From contig JBKJIE010000130.1 in assembly GCA_046598715.1 (NCBI GenBank), forward strand, positions 1-63,202: a DNA stretch of 63,202 bases. Direction: 5' to 3'. This document shows positions 39,547 through 48,486 of this stretch, in pieces. The notes beneath the pieces were generated by a model. That model saw nothing but the letters and a program-made list of their open reading frames with translations, did no database searches and had not been told where the DNA came from. The translations under genes were made by a program, and so were the position numbers. The DNA is from Acidimicrobiales bacterium. Lineage in GTDB: Bacteria; Actinomycetota; Acidimicrobiia; Acidimicrobiales; VFJN01. Numbering within the stretch: position 1 is the stretch's first letter; every line of letters starts with the position of its first letter.

Positions 39547-40065
39547 ATGACCACCTTCGACCGCCCCTTCGGACGCCACCTCGAGGACTTCACGCCCGGC
39601 GACGTCTACAAGCACTGGCCCGGCAAGACGATCACCGAGTACGACGACCACCTGTTCTGCATGATCACGATGAACCACCACCCGCTGCACACGAATGCAT
39701 GGTTCGCCGAGAACGAGACGGTGCAGCGCAAGAACGTGGTGGTCGGCAACCTCGTGTACTCGCTCGTGCTCGGCATGAGCGTCCCGGACGTGAGCGGCGC
39801 GGCCATCGCCAACCTCGAGGTGGAGTCGTTGCTGCACCCCAAGCCCACCTTCCACGGCGACACCATCTACGCCGTCACGAAGGTGCTCGAGGTGAAGGAG
39901 ACGTCCAAGGGCGACCGTGGAATCGTCACCGTAGAGACGAAGGGCATCAACCAGCGGGGCGAAGAGGTCTGCTACTTCCGCCGCAAGCTGATGGTGTGGA
40001 AGCGCGATCACGCGCCGACGCGCAAGTTCCCCTATGACGACACCTCCGTCTTCGACGGCGAGTGA
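39547..40065 (+). CDS. MaoC-family dehydratase, probable mesaconyl-CoA hydratase
   Basis: GRHLEDF..GDVYKHWPGKTITEYDDHLFC.ITMNHHPLH, GMSVPDVSG.AIANL, PTFHGDTIYA. Confidence 0.8.
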   Translation: MTTFDRPFGRHLEDFTPGDVYKHWPGKTITEYDDHLFCMITMNHHPLHTNAWFAENETVQRKNVVVGNLVYSLVLGMSVPDVSGAAIANLEVESLLHPKPTFHGDTIYAVTKVLEVKETSKGDRGIVTVETKGINQRGEEVCYFRRKLMVWKRDHAPTRKFPYDDTSVFDGE

Positions 40066-40853
40066 CGCCGGTGCGACGCACCACCCGGCGAGCCCTCCTC
40101 GGCGTCGCCGCGGTGCCCGTCGCTGCCATCGCCGTGCTGATGATCGAGGTGCAGCTGGCGCGGATGGGGCCCGATCTCCACGACACCCCGTTTGATCACG
40201 ACGGACGGGTGGGCGGTCCCGGGGTGCCCCTTCGCATGGTGTGGCTCGGCGACTCCACCGCCGCCGGGGTTGGAGCCTCGTCGCCAGATCGGGCGATTCC
40301 GCGCCGGGTTGCCGTTGGCTTGCCGTACCCAGTTGAGGTCACTGACCTTGGGGTGTCGGGCGCGCGGATCGCTGACGTGGGCGACCAGCTCCGTCACCTC
40401 GATGCCCTCCACCCCGACGTGGTCCTCATCAGCATCGGCGCCAACGACGTCGTCCACCTCACCTCCCGGCACGCCTTCCGGTCCAGGTATCGGCACCTCG
40501 TCGACCGGATGCCTCGCGGTGCGCTCGTCGTCCTGCTGGGTGTGCCCGACATGGGCGCGCCGCCCCGGTTTGCGCAGCCGCTGCGGGGGATCGCTGCCTG
40601 GCGTGGCCGCCAGCTCGACGAGATCGCGCGTGCGGTCGCTCGCGATGCTGGCGCGATCTACGTTGACATCGCGGGCGAGACTGGTCCCACGATGCGCTCC
40701 GACACCGCCCGCTACTTCGCCGGTGATCACTATCACCCGAGCGACTCTGGGTACGCGCTGTGGGCCGCGGCTGTGCTGCAGCAGCTCACGCCAGTCCTGC
40801 TCCGCGACCGGCCTGTCGTGCTCAGCGACCAGGAGGCCGTCGGTGCCAATTGA
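40062..40853 (+). CDS. SGNH/GDSL hydrolase, secreted
   Basis: LGDSTAAG, GVSGA, GAND, DHYHP; hydrophobic N-terminus. Confidence 0.88.
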   Translation: MTPVRRTTRRALLGVAAVPVAAIAVLMIEVQLARMGPDLHDTPFDHDGRVGGPGVPLRMVWLGDSTAAGVGASSPDRAIPRRVAVGLPYPVEVTDLGVSGARIADVGDQLRHLDALHPDVVLISIGANDVVHLTSRHAFRSRYRHLVDRMPRGALVVLLGVPDMGAPPRFAQPLRGIAAWRGRQLDEIARAVARDAGAIYVDIAGETGPTMRSDTARYFAGDHYHPSDSGYALWAAAVLQQLTPVLLRDRPVVLSDQEAVGAN

Positions 40854-41592
40854 CGACGTCGCGGCGCGTGGCTTCGAGGCCGGGGCCGCCGCCTACGAGG
40901 TGGCCCGGCCGGGGTACCCGGACGACGCGGTCGCAGTCCTCCGCGACGTGGTGGGCATCGTGTCTGGCACGCGAGTCCTCGACCTCGCCGCGGGCACGGG
41001 CAAGCTCACCCGTCGTCTGGTGGAGCTCGGCGCGGCGGTGACCGCGGTGGAGCCGGTGGCGGCCATGCGCGGTCAGCTGGCCACCGTCCTGCCGAACATC
41101 GAGGTGGTCGACGGCACGGCAGAGCAGATCCCGAGCGCGGAGGCGTCCGTCGAGGTGGTGTCGGTCGCCCAGGCGTTCCACTGGTTCGACGCGCCGCTCG
41201 CGCTCGACGAGATCGCCCGGGTGCTGGGGCCGGGCGGCCGCCTCGTGCTGCTCTGGAACGAGCGGGATGAGTCCACGCCCTGGGTGGCAGAGATGAGCCG
41301 CATGATCAGGTGGCACGAGCGCACGGTGTCGCGCTACCAGCACGTGAGCTGGCCGGAGATCGTCGCGTCATCGCGGCACTTCACGCCGCTCGAGGAGCGC
41401 GTCATCAGGTGGGATCAGCCGATGACCCGTGATCTGCTGGCCGATCGGGTGCGCTCGATCAGCTACATCGCGGCGATGCCGATCCCCCAGCGCGAGAAGC
41501 TTGTCGCCGAGGTGGTGCACCTGGCTCGACGCATGTCCGAGCCCTTCCCCTTGCCGTACATCTGCCGCGTCCAGTGGGCGAGCCTGAGCTGA
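40843..41592 (+). CDS. Class I SAM-dependent methyltransferase
   Basis: YEVARPGYP, VLDLAAGTGK, AQAFHWFD; AGGAGG RBS. Confidence 0.9.
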   Translation: MPIDDVAARGFEAGAAAYEVARPGYPDDAVAVLRDVVGIVSGTRVLDLAAGTGKLTRRLVELGAAVTAVEPVAAMRGQLATVLPNIEVVDGTAEQIPSAEASVEVVSVAQAFHWFDAPLALDEIARVLGPGGRLVLLWNERDESTPWVAEMSRMIRWHERTVSRYQHVSWPEIVASSRHFTPLEERVIRWDQPMTRDLLADRVRSISYIAAMPIPQREKLVAEVVHLARRMSEPFPLPYICRVQWASLS

Positions 41593-42461
41593 CTCGAGCT
41601 GACCTGACTCGAGCTGCCGCCGTCCTCGACTGGTGGGAGGGCCAGCGACGAGAGCTCCCCTGGCGAGCCACGCGCGACCCCTGGGCGGTACTGGTGTGCG
41701 AGGTGATGGCTCAGCAGACGCAGGTGGCCCGAGTGGCGGAGCGGTGGGCCCCGTTCCTCGAGCGCTTTCCAACCCCTGCAGCGTGCGCCTCGGCGCCAGT
41801 GGCCGACGTCCTCCGCTGGTGGGCGGGCATGGGCTACAACCGTCGCGCCCTGAACCTGCACCGGTGCGCCGAAGAGGTCGTCGCACGGCATGCTGGCCGG
41901 CTGCCGGACACGCTCGACGAGCTCCTCGCCCTCCCCGGCATCGGCGCCTACACGGCACGCGCCGTGCTCGCCTTCGCCTTCGATGCAGACCATGCCGTCG
42001 TCGACACCAACACGGCCAGGGTGCTGGCTCGCTGGGAAGGGCATCGCCTCACCGCGCGGGAGGCTCAGGAGGCCGCCGATGCCGCGCTGCCGCCTGGGTC
42101 AGCCTGGGCCTGGAACCAGGCGATGCTCGACCTGGGCGCCACGGTGTGCACGCGGCGCGCCCCGAGGTGCGACCTCTGTCCGGTCGTCGATCGATGCGGC
42201 TGGGCTCGCGCCGGCGCTCCCGCGCCGGACCCTGCCGACGGCTCGGCCGGCGTGTCGGGCGGACAGACGCGCTTCGAGGGCAGCGACCGCCAGGGGAGAG
42301 GACGGCTCGTCGATGCGATGCGCACCGGTCCGATCGCTGGGCGCGACCTCGCTGCGCTGGCCGGCTGGCCGACCGACCCTGAGCGGGCCGCCCGCGTCGC
42401 CGCCACCTTGGTGGCCGACGGCTTGGCCACCACAGACGGCGATCGCCTTCAGCTCCCCTGA
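41574..42461 (+). CDS. mutY: A/G-specific adenine glycosylase (short actinobacterial form); start uncertain
   Basis: RELPWR, EVMAQQTQV, GMGYNRRA, LPGIGAYTA (HhH), VDTN, CTRRAPRCDLCPVVDRC Fe-S loop. Confidence 0.9.
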   Translation: MGEPELTRADLTRAAAVLDWWEGQRRELPWRATRDPWAVLVCEVMAQQTQVARVAERWAPFLERFPTPAACASAPVADVLRWWAGMGYNRRALNLHRCAEEVVARHAGRLPDTLDELLALPGIGAYTARAVLAFAFDADHAVVDTNTARVLARWEGHRLTAREAQEAADAALPPGSAWAWNQAMLDLGATVCTRRAPRCDLCPVVDRCGWARAGAPAPDPADGSAGVSGGQTRFEGSDRQGRGRLVDAMRTGPIAGRDLAALAGWPTDPERAARVAATLVADGLATTDGDRLQLP

Positions 42462-42501
42462 GCGCAGCGTTGGCCCGCGGTCACCGGCATGGCGTCCGCC
42501 G

Positions 42502-43374
42502 TCAGCCGGTGATGAAGTCGACGACGAGCTGGTTCACCACGTCGGGCCGCTCGAGCTGGAGGAAGTGGCCGGCGTCGTCGACCACCTCCATGCGAGAGCC
42601 GGGGGCGGTGAGGAAGGCCCGTGCCATCTCCGCCACCTCGATGCCCATGCAGCCGTCGGTGCGGCCATGCAGGTACAGCGTGGGCTGGGCGGTCACCTCG
42701 CCGCCCTTGGCCTGCACGGCGTCGAGCGACGGATCGACGCCGACGGTGCCCAAGGTGGCCCGGTAGTAGCCGATCGCTGCCGCGAGGTTGGCCGGGTCGC
42801 GCAGCGCGTCCTTCACGTGGGCGAGGTCCTCGCTTGCCGCGTAGCCCGGCGACCAGTCGGCCCACAGCCCGTCGATGAAGGCCAGGTCGCCCATGCCCAC
42901 GACCACGTCGGCCAGCGCGTGCTGGAAGAAGAACATGTACCACGACCGCTTGAGCTGCGCGTAGGTCATGAAGCCTCCCGCGACGGCACCGGCAGGGGGC
43001 ACTGCCATCGTGACGACGCGACGCCACCGGTCGGGTTCGTGGTTGGCCGCGACGTAGGTCGCCATGGCCCCCCAGTCGTGGCCGATGATCACCGCATCGC
43101 CGTCACCACCGAGGGCCTCGTGCAGCGCGCACGCATCCATGCCGAGCGCTGCGGTTTGGAAGCGACCGTCGGCGGGCACCGAGGTGGGCGCGTAGCCCCG
43201 CATGAACGGCGCCACGGCCCGGTACCCAGCGCCGGCCAGGGCGGGCAGGAGGTGACGCCAGGTCCAGGCGGAGTCGGGGAACCCGTGCAAGCACAGCGCG
43301 AGGGGTCCCTGGCCGGCTTCGAGGTAGGCGAAGTCGACGCCGTTGGCCGTGATCAGTCCGTCGGTGCTCGTCAT
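42502..43374 (-). CDS. Alpha/beta hydrolase (epoxide hydrolase-like)
   Basis: LHGFPD, GHDWGA, GHFLQLE. Confidence 0.9.
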   Translation of the reverse strand: MTSTDGLITANGVDFAYLEAGQGPLALCLHGFPDSAWTWRHLLPALAGAGYRAVAPFMRGYAPTSVPADGRFQTAALGMDACALHEALGGDGDAVIIGHDWGAMATYVAANHEPDRWRRVVTMAVPPAGAVAGGFMTYAQLKRSWYMFFFQHALADVVVGMGDLAFIDGLWADWSPGYAASEDLAHVKDALRDPANLAAAIGYYRATLGTVGVDPSLDAVQAKGGEVTAQPTLYLHGRTDGCMGIEVAEMARAFLTAPGSRMEVVDDAGHFLQLERPDVVNQLVVDFITG

Positions 43375-43505
43375 GGCCGCGCACCGTAGTGCTCGCGCCC
43401 GCGAGCGTGGTGCTCGCTCTCATGCGTGAGACAGACGTCACACGACCTACAGCAGGTCGACAATCCCCGATAACCTTCGAACCTCAGTTGAACCGGGGGG
43501 GACCA

Positions 43506-44348
43506 CTGCTCAACGTCAGCTTCTTCGGTGTCCGGGGATCCACCCCATGCCCGTGCGAGGCCAACCGTCGCTACGGAGGCAACACCTCCTGTGTGGCGCT
43601 GGAATCGCCCGGTCATGCGCCGATCGTCCTCGATCTCGGCACAGGTCTGCGCTTCTGGGGCGAGACCCTCGACGCCTCGCAGACCTTCGTGGGCTCTGCG
43701 CTCGTGACCCACATCCACTGGGACCACGTGCAGGGCCTGCCGTTCTTCACGCCCGTGCTGCAACCCGGGGCACAGTTCGACGTGTACGGGCCGCCCCAGC
43801 CCGAGCAGGGCTCGCTGGCCGACGCCTTCAACGAGTTCATGCGCCCGCCCTTCTTCCCAGTCACCACCGCCGAGCTCCTCGGCGACATCCGCTTCCACGA
43901 GGCGTGGAACGAGGACCTCGAGCTCGATGGCGCCAAGGTGAAGACGCGGGCGGTGCCCCACGTCGGGCGCACCAGTGGCTACCGGATCGAGATGGGTGGC
44001 GCCACCGTGGCCTACCTGTCCGACCATCAGATGCCCGCCGACGGCAGCCACGAAGTCACCGATGCGGTGCTCGAGCTCTGCGATGGCGCCGACCTCCTCA
44101 TCCACGACGCGCAGTACACCACCGACGAGTTCCCCGCGAAGTCCACCTGGGGTCACTGCACCCCCGACTACGCGGTGCACGTGGCCAAGGAGGCCGGCGT
44201 GCGGCGCCTCGCGCTGTTCCACCACGACCCAACCCACCACGACGGTGCCGTCGACGCCATCCTCGCTCACGCTCGCCAGCTCGCCAACGGGTCGGCGATC
44301 GACGAGGTCGTGGCCGCCCACGAGGGCCTCGTCATCTCGCACTCCTGA
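43506..44348 (+). CDS. MBL-fold metallo-hydrolase (RNase Z/phosphodiesterase-like); probable CTG start
   Basis: FGVRGSTP, YGGNTSCV, THIHWDH, IHDAQY, WGHC, FHHDP. Confidence 0.85.
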   Translation: MLNVSFFGVRGSTPCPCEANRRYGGNTSCVALESPGHAPIVLDLGTGLRFWGETLDASQTFVGSALVTHIHWDHVQGLPFFTPVLQPGAQFDVYGPPQPEQGSLADAFNEFMRPPFFPVTTAELLGDIRFHEAWNEDLELDGAKVKTRAVPHVGRTSGYRIEMGGATVAYLSDHQMPADGSHEVTDAVLELCDGADLLIHDAQYTTDEFPAKSTWGHCTPDYAVHVAKEAGVRRLALFHHDPTHHDGAVDAILAHARQLANGSAIDEVVAAHEGLVISHS

Positions 44349-44368
44349 CGGCCGATAGCGTCGCAGCG

Positions 44369-44866
44369 ATGAGAGAGCGAAGCGAGCAGGCCCCCTTCGA
44401 CGCCGCCACGTACCGCCAGGTGCTCGGCCACTTCCCCACCGGAGTCACCGTGATCGCCGCCGCCCCCGACGGCGTGCCCGTGGGTCTTGCGGTCGGGTCG
44501 TTCGCGTCGGTGTCGCTCGAGCCGCCGCTCGTGGCCTTCTTCGCCGGGAAGAGCTCGTCGTCGTGGCCCAAGATCGAAGCGGCGGGCTCGTTCTGCGTGA
44601 ACATCCTCGCCGAGGACCAGGAGGCCGTCTGCCGACGGTTCGCATCGAAGGACGACGACAAGTTCGCCGGTCTCGGCTGGGCTCCGGCGGGCTCGGGATC
44701 GCCCCTCATCGACGGCGTCCTGGCCTGGATCGACTGCGACATCGAGACGGTGGTCGACGCCGGCGATCACCATTGTGTGATGGGGCACGTGCGCGACCTC
44801 GGTGTGGGCCACGACGGCGCCCCGCTCATCTTCTTCCGCGGTGGCTACGGCCGCTTCTCGGTGTAG
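44369..44866 (+). CDS. Flavin reductase family protein
   Basis: RQVLGHFPTGVTVI, SFASVSLEPPL, AGDH, PLIFFRGGY. Confidence 0.9.
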   Translation: MRERSEQAPFDAATYRQVLGHFPTGVTVIAAAPDGVPVGLAVGSFASVSLEPPLVAFFAGKSSSSWPKIEAAGSFCVNILAEDQEAVCRRFASKDDDKFAGLGWAPAGSGSPLIDGVLAWIDCDIETVVDAGDHHCVMGHVRDLGVGHDGAPLIFFRGGYGRFSV

Positions 44867-44875
44867 CGCCCGACC

Positions 44876-45397
44876 GTGCCGATCTACGCGCTGGGTGACG
44901 TCGTCCCGGACATCGATCCGACGGCGTACATCCACCCCGACGCGGTGGTCATCGGCGCCGTGACCATCGGCGCCGAGGCCTCGGTGTGGCCCTGCGCCGT
45001 CCTCCGAGGCGACCCTGGGGGGATCGTCGTGGGGGCCCGCACCTCGGTGCAGGACGGCACGGTGGTGCACACCACGCCGATGCACCCCACCCGCATCGGG
45101 AGCGAGTGCGTGATCGGGCACAACGTGCACCTCGAGGGGTGCGAGATTGGCGACGGCGTGCTCATCGGCTCGGGGGCCATCGTCCTCAACGGTGCCGTCG
45201 TAGAATCGGAGGCGCTGGTCGGTGCCGGAGCGCTCGTGTCGGGTTCGATGGTTGTGCCGAGCCGCGCCATGGCGCTGGGCGTGCCGGCCACGATCAAGCC
45301 TGACTCCGTACGTCCCGAGGCCCAGATCGCCCCCGGCGTGCACGTCTACGTCGAGCGAGGCCGCACGTACCGCGCCCAGCTCCGACGCATTGACTGA
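44876..45397 (+). CDS. Gamma carbonic anhydrase family (hexapeptide repeat) protein
   Basis: AVLRGD, VQDGTVVH, IGHNVHLEGC. Confidence 0.88.
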   Translation: MPIYALGDVVPDIDPTAYIHPDAVVIGAVTIGAEASVWPCAVLRGDPGGIVVGARTSVQDGTVVHTTPMHPTRIGSECVIGHNVHLEGCEIGDGVLIGSGAIVLNGAVVESEALVGAGALVSGSMVVPSRAMALGVPATIKPDSVRPEAQIAPGVHVYVERGRTYRAQLRRID

Positions 45398-45418
45398 GAT
45401 CGCCCCGACTGAGATTGC

Positions 45419-47803
45419 TCAGACTGGTTCGGGCGCCAATTCGAGCAGGGTGATCGTGCCGTCGAGAGCGCGCTGGCGGGCCCAGGCGGCCACGAAGGCG
45501 TCGTCGCTCAGGTAGACGAGCTGATGGCTCTCGGCGAGCCGGTGCAGGAGGTCGAGCAGGTCCCACTTGCGGTCAGCCGGCACCCGGAGGAACACCTCGT
45601 CGAGGACGACCGGAACCGGGTCGCCGGCCGGACCAGCAGTCGCTGCGGTGGCCAGGTGGCCGAGGAGGTGCTGCTGGATGTCCGCGATCGCGGCCGGGTC
45701 GCCCGTGACGTCGTATCCGCCATGTCGGGCCTCAAGCGAGGCGACGCGTCGCTCGACGGCGGCGTGGCGGTCGGCCAGGCGCTCGGTGTCGACCTCGGCA
45801 CTGGCGGTGGCCAGCAGCTTGAGGAGCTCACCCCGTCGGGCCTCGAGCTCGGGGATGTCGGGCGTGGCGGCATCGGCGGCCGTCACGGTCGCCCACTCGG
45901 GTCGACGGAGCTGGGCGGCGGCGTCCTGCAGCTGGAGGATCTCGGCGTCGATCTCGTCGCGCGGCCGAGCATTGGATCGTGCGTCTTCGCGCTCGGTCGC
46001 TCGGGTCACCGCCCACTCCAGCGCCCCGGTGCGGGCATCGAGCGGGCCGGCCTCGAACCCGAGCTCGAGCAGCAGATCGTCGAGACGGGCCTCGGCCTTC
46101 TCGAGGTCGACCTCGGCCTCGTCGAGCACGGTCTGCGCTCGGGCGGCGGCGCCGCGGTCGCACTGCCAGGCGACGCGGCCCGCAAGGTCGCTGAGGTCGT
46201 CGAGATCGGTGTCGGTGAGGAGGAACGGCTCGATCGCGGCGCGGAGGTGGTCGCGGGCGGTTGCCTCGACGGGCTCGGCCTGTTCGTGGAGCTCCCGGCG
46301 GAGCTGTTCGATCTCGTCGGCCGTGTCGCCGAGGTTGCGGAGGGCATCGTTGTAGGCCTCGATCTCGATCCGAAGCGACCGGGCCGCCTCGAGGTCGATC
46401 TCCGGGCCGACGACATCGAGCCACCCGGCGAGTGCTGCGCGGTGCTCCACCATCGTGGTCTCCACGAGCTCGCGGAGCTTCGGATCGACGCTCGCCTCCA
46501 CTCGGCGGATGTGGAACCCGAGGTAGCTGGTGGCCTCGGCGCGGAGCAGCGCGGCCTTCTCGGTCCTGCCCGCCTTGGCCCGTCGAGCACCGGGTCGCAC
46601 GATCCCTGCACCGGCGGCGACGGCCGCACCGAGCAGTCCGACGGGGAGCAGCACGGGGGCGGCCGCGAAGCCGATCACGCCAGCCGCCACGCCGAGTCCG
46701 ACACCTCCGAACCCAGGAAGCCGTGCCGCGTCGGCGGCGCGGTCGGCCGCTTCCACCTCGGTGTGCGCGGCCTCGATGCTCTCGATCAGGTCCGGTGCAG
46801 GGCCCATCTCGTTGACCTCGAGCCCACCAAGGGAGACCTGGAGTCGCTGCAGTGCCTCTGCGGCGTCGGCCAGCCGATCGGCGGTGGTCCACAGCGTCGA
46901 CTGCTCGAGCAGCCCGAGCTCGGCGACTGCAGCGTGCGATGGGGCGGGGAGCTTCGAGACGGACAGCGCCTGCAGTCGTTGATCGAGCGCGTCCCGCGCT
47001 TCGGCGGCGCGGCGGAGCTCGTCGATGAGGGCGTCGAGCCCGGCAGGGGGCTCCGTAGGGATCAGCGCGGTGTGGTCTCGTTCCTCCTGGGGGAGCCGAG
47101 ACACGCCGTCGAGCTGCACCGCGAGGTTCCCCACGCGCTCGCTGGCCTCCACCCAGGCCGCAGCCAAGGCGCGAGCGTTGTCGGCGCTCGAGAGCAGGTG
47201 ACGGTCCGACTCGACGCTGGCCGTTCCCGCCTGGATCGCGGCGGCCTCGGCACGCACCCGTTCCAGCCGGGCGAGCACCTGCGCGTACTCGCGGCGCGCG
47301 ACTCCATCGCGGGCGCTGCGCAGCTCGTCCTCGAGTCCGTCGACCTCCGCTTGCAGGGCATCAACGGCCTGTTGCTGGCCGAGGGCGGCATTGAGCTCCG
47401 CCGTCAGCTCCTCGAGCATCGCTCTCGCCTCCCGCAGCTCCGGAGGCTCTCCCTCGCGCACCACCTTGGTGAGCGCTCCGAGGTCATCCGCGCTCAACAG
47501 CATCAGCGATCGCAGCGCGACTGGGTCAGCGCCGACGGCGCCGAGCGGTGGCGTGGCGGGGGAGCCGTCGTCCTGGTGAGCGGTGATGCGCCCGTCGCCG
47601 CCCACGGCGGTCAGCGTGTGGCCATCAGCGTCGACGTACCGCAAGGTCGTGGCCTCACGTCCGCCGCCCACGGAGCCGACGATGCTCTCAGCAAGTGACC
47701 GCCGTTCGAGCGCGCCCAAGCCGGAGAGCACCGTGAGCTCCGGGTGGAAGCGCACGTGCAGCTCGTCATCTGGGTCTTGCAGGGTCAGCTCGTCGAACCG
47801 CAT
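45419..47803 (-). CDS. Large coiled-coil SMC/YhaN-like protein with degenerate ATPase motifs and central hydrophobic hairpin
   Basis: MRFDELTL..FHPELTVLSG (no GKS/T), long coiled coils, TM pair, PVVLDEVF..QLVYLSDD; GGAGGAG RBS. Confidence 0.7.
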   Translation of the reverse strand: MRFDELTLQDPDDELHVRFHPELTVLSGLGALERRSLAESIVGSVGGGREATTLRYVDADGHTLTAVGGDGRITAHQDDGSPATPPLGAVGADPVALRSLMLLSADDLGALTKVVREGEPPELREARAMLEELTAELNAALGQQQAVDALQAEVDGLEDELRSARDGVARREYAQVLARLERVRAEAAAIQAGTASVESDRHLLSSADNARALAAAWVEASERVGNLAVQLDGVSRLPQEERDHTALIPTEPPAGLDALIDELRRAAEARDALDQRLQALSVSKLPAPSHAAVAELGLLEQSTLWTTADRLADAAEALQRLQVSLGGLEVNEMGPAPDLIESIEAAHTEVEAADRAADAARLPGFGGVGLGVAAGVIGFAAAPVLLPVGLLGAAVAAGAGIVRPGARRAKAGRTEKAALLRAEATSYLGFHIRRVEASVDPKLRELVETTMVEHRAALAGWLDVVGPEIDLEAARSLRIEIEAYNDALRNLGDTADEIEQLRRELHEQAEPVEATARDHLRAAIEPFLLTDTDLDDLSDLAGRVAWQCDRGAAARAQTVLDEAEVDLEKAEARLDDLLLELGFEAGPLDARTGALEWAVTRATEREDARSNARPRDEIDAEILQLQDAAAQLRRPEWATVTAADAATPDIPELEARRGELLKLLATASAEVDTERLADRHAAVERRVASLEARHGGYDVTGDPAAIADIQQHLLGHLATAATAGPAGDPVPVVLDEVFLRVPADRKWDLLDLLHRLAESHQLVYLSDDAFVAAWARQRALDGTITLLELAPEPV

Positions 47804-47939
47804 CGGTCTCCTCCGTTGCCGTTCGTCATCGGCATCGAGGGGCTCGACCTGTAGCGCTGCCTGGGCCGTACGACCTATGGCGCAAAGCCGGATGATCCGG
47901 ACGAGCCGGTCTCGGGCCGCGGCCTCAGGACAAGCGGTC

Positions 47940-48371
47940 TCAGGCTGCGCTGTCGAGCCAGGACAGGCTCTGGATCGGGAGGTTGCGGGCGACGGCGAAG
48001 ACAGTGGCCACGACGATCGCAGCGGGCACAGCCCAGCTCGGCAGCTCGCGCTGGCTCACCGGCCTCCCCAGCGCGCTCATGACCCACCGCCACCAGATCA
48101 CCGCGCCGATGGGGACGGCGACGAGGAGGAGCACGTTGTGGTCGAGCGCCGTGGCGAGGTGTCCACGGCTGAGGGCGTGCAGGCCACGCAGGGTGCCGCA
48201 GGCGGGACAATCGATGCCGAGCAGGGCTCGCGTGGGGCAGACCGGGTAGCGGCCCGCTTCGTTCGGGTCGACCAGCGCGATGAAGGCGCACCCGCACATC
48301 GCTCCCAGCGCCATCGTGGCCGGCACGGCCCGCTCTGTCCCGAGACGACGGCTGAGCACGGTGGCGACCAC
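47940..48371 (-). CDS. DUF2752-like membrane protein
   Basis: DPNE..YPVCP...LLGIDCPACGTLRG.H.L..G..A...N, VARNLP. Confidence 0.8.
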   Translation of the reverse strand: MVATVLSRRLGTERAVPATMALGAMCGCAFIALVDPNEAGRYPVCPTRALLGIDCPACGTLRGLHALSRGHLATALDHNVLLLVAVPIGAVIWWRWVMSALGRPVSQRELPSWAVPAAIVVATVFAVARNLPIQSLSWLDSAA

Positions 48372-48446
48372 GGCACAACCGTAGGCGGCGCCGGGTGCCG
48401 CGGGTGGGCGGATCTGACTGGGGGATCGGGGGGTGGCACCAGTATG

Positions 48447-48462
48447 TTGACCCGCGGGTCAA
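48447..48462. promoter_or_regulatory. Perfect 16-bp palindrome TTGACCCGCGGGTCAA upstream of the ABC exporter operon
   Basis: 24 nt before ATG 48487; same core as 22396-22409. Confidence 0.65.
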
Positions 48463-48486
48463 GGCGCCCGGGGGGAGCAGCAGGAC

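Noticed and set aside
33156-40065. 3-hydroxypropionate bicycle autotrophy
   Set aside because: Mcl is Chloroflexus-like, but no malonyl-CoA reductase or propionyl-CoA synthase is present; Mcd and a thioesterase point to the ethylmalonyl-CoA route
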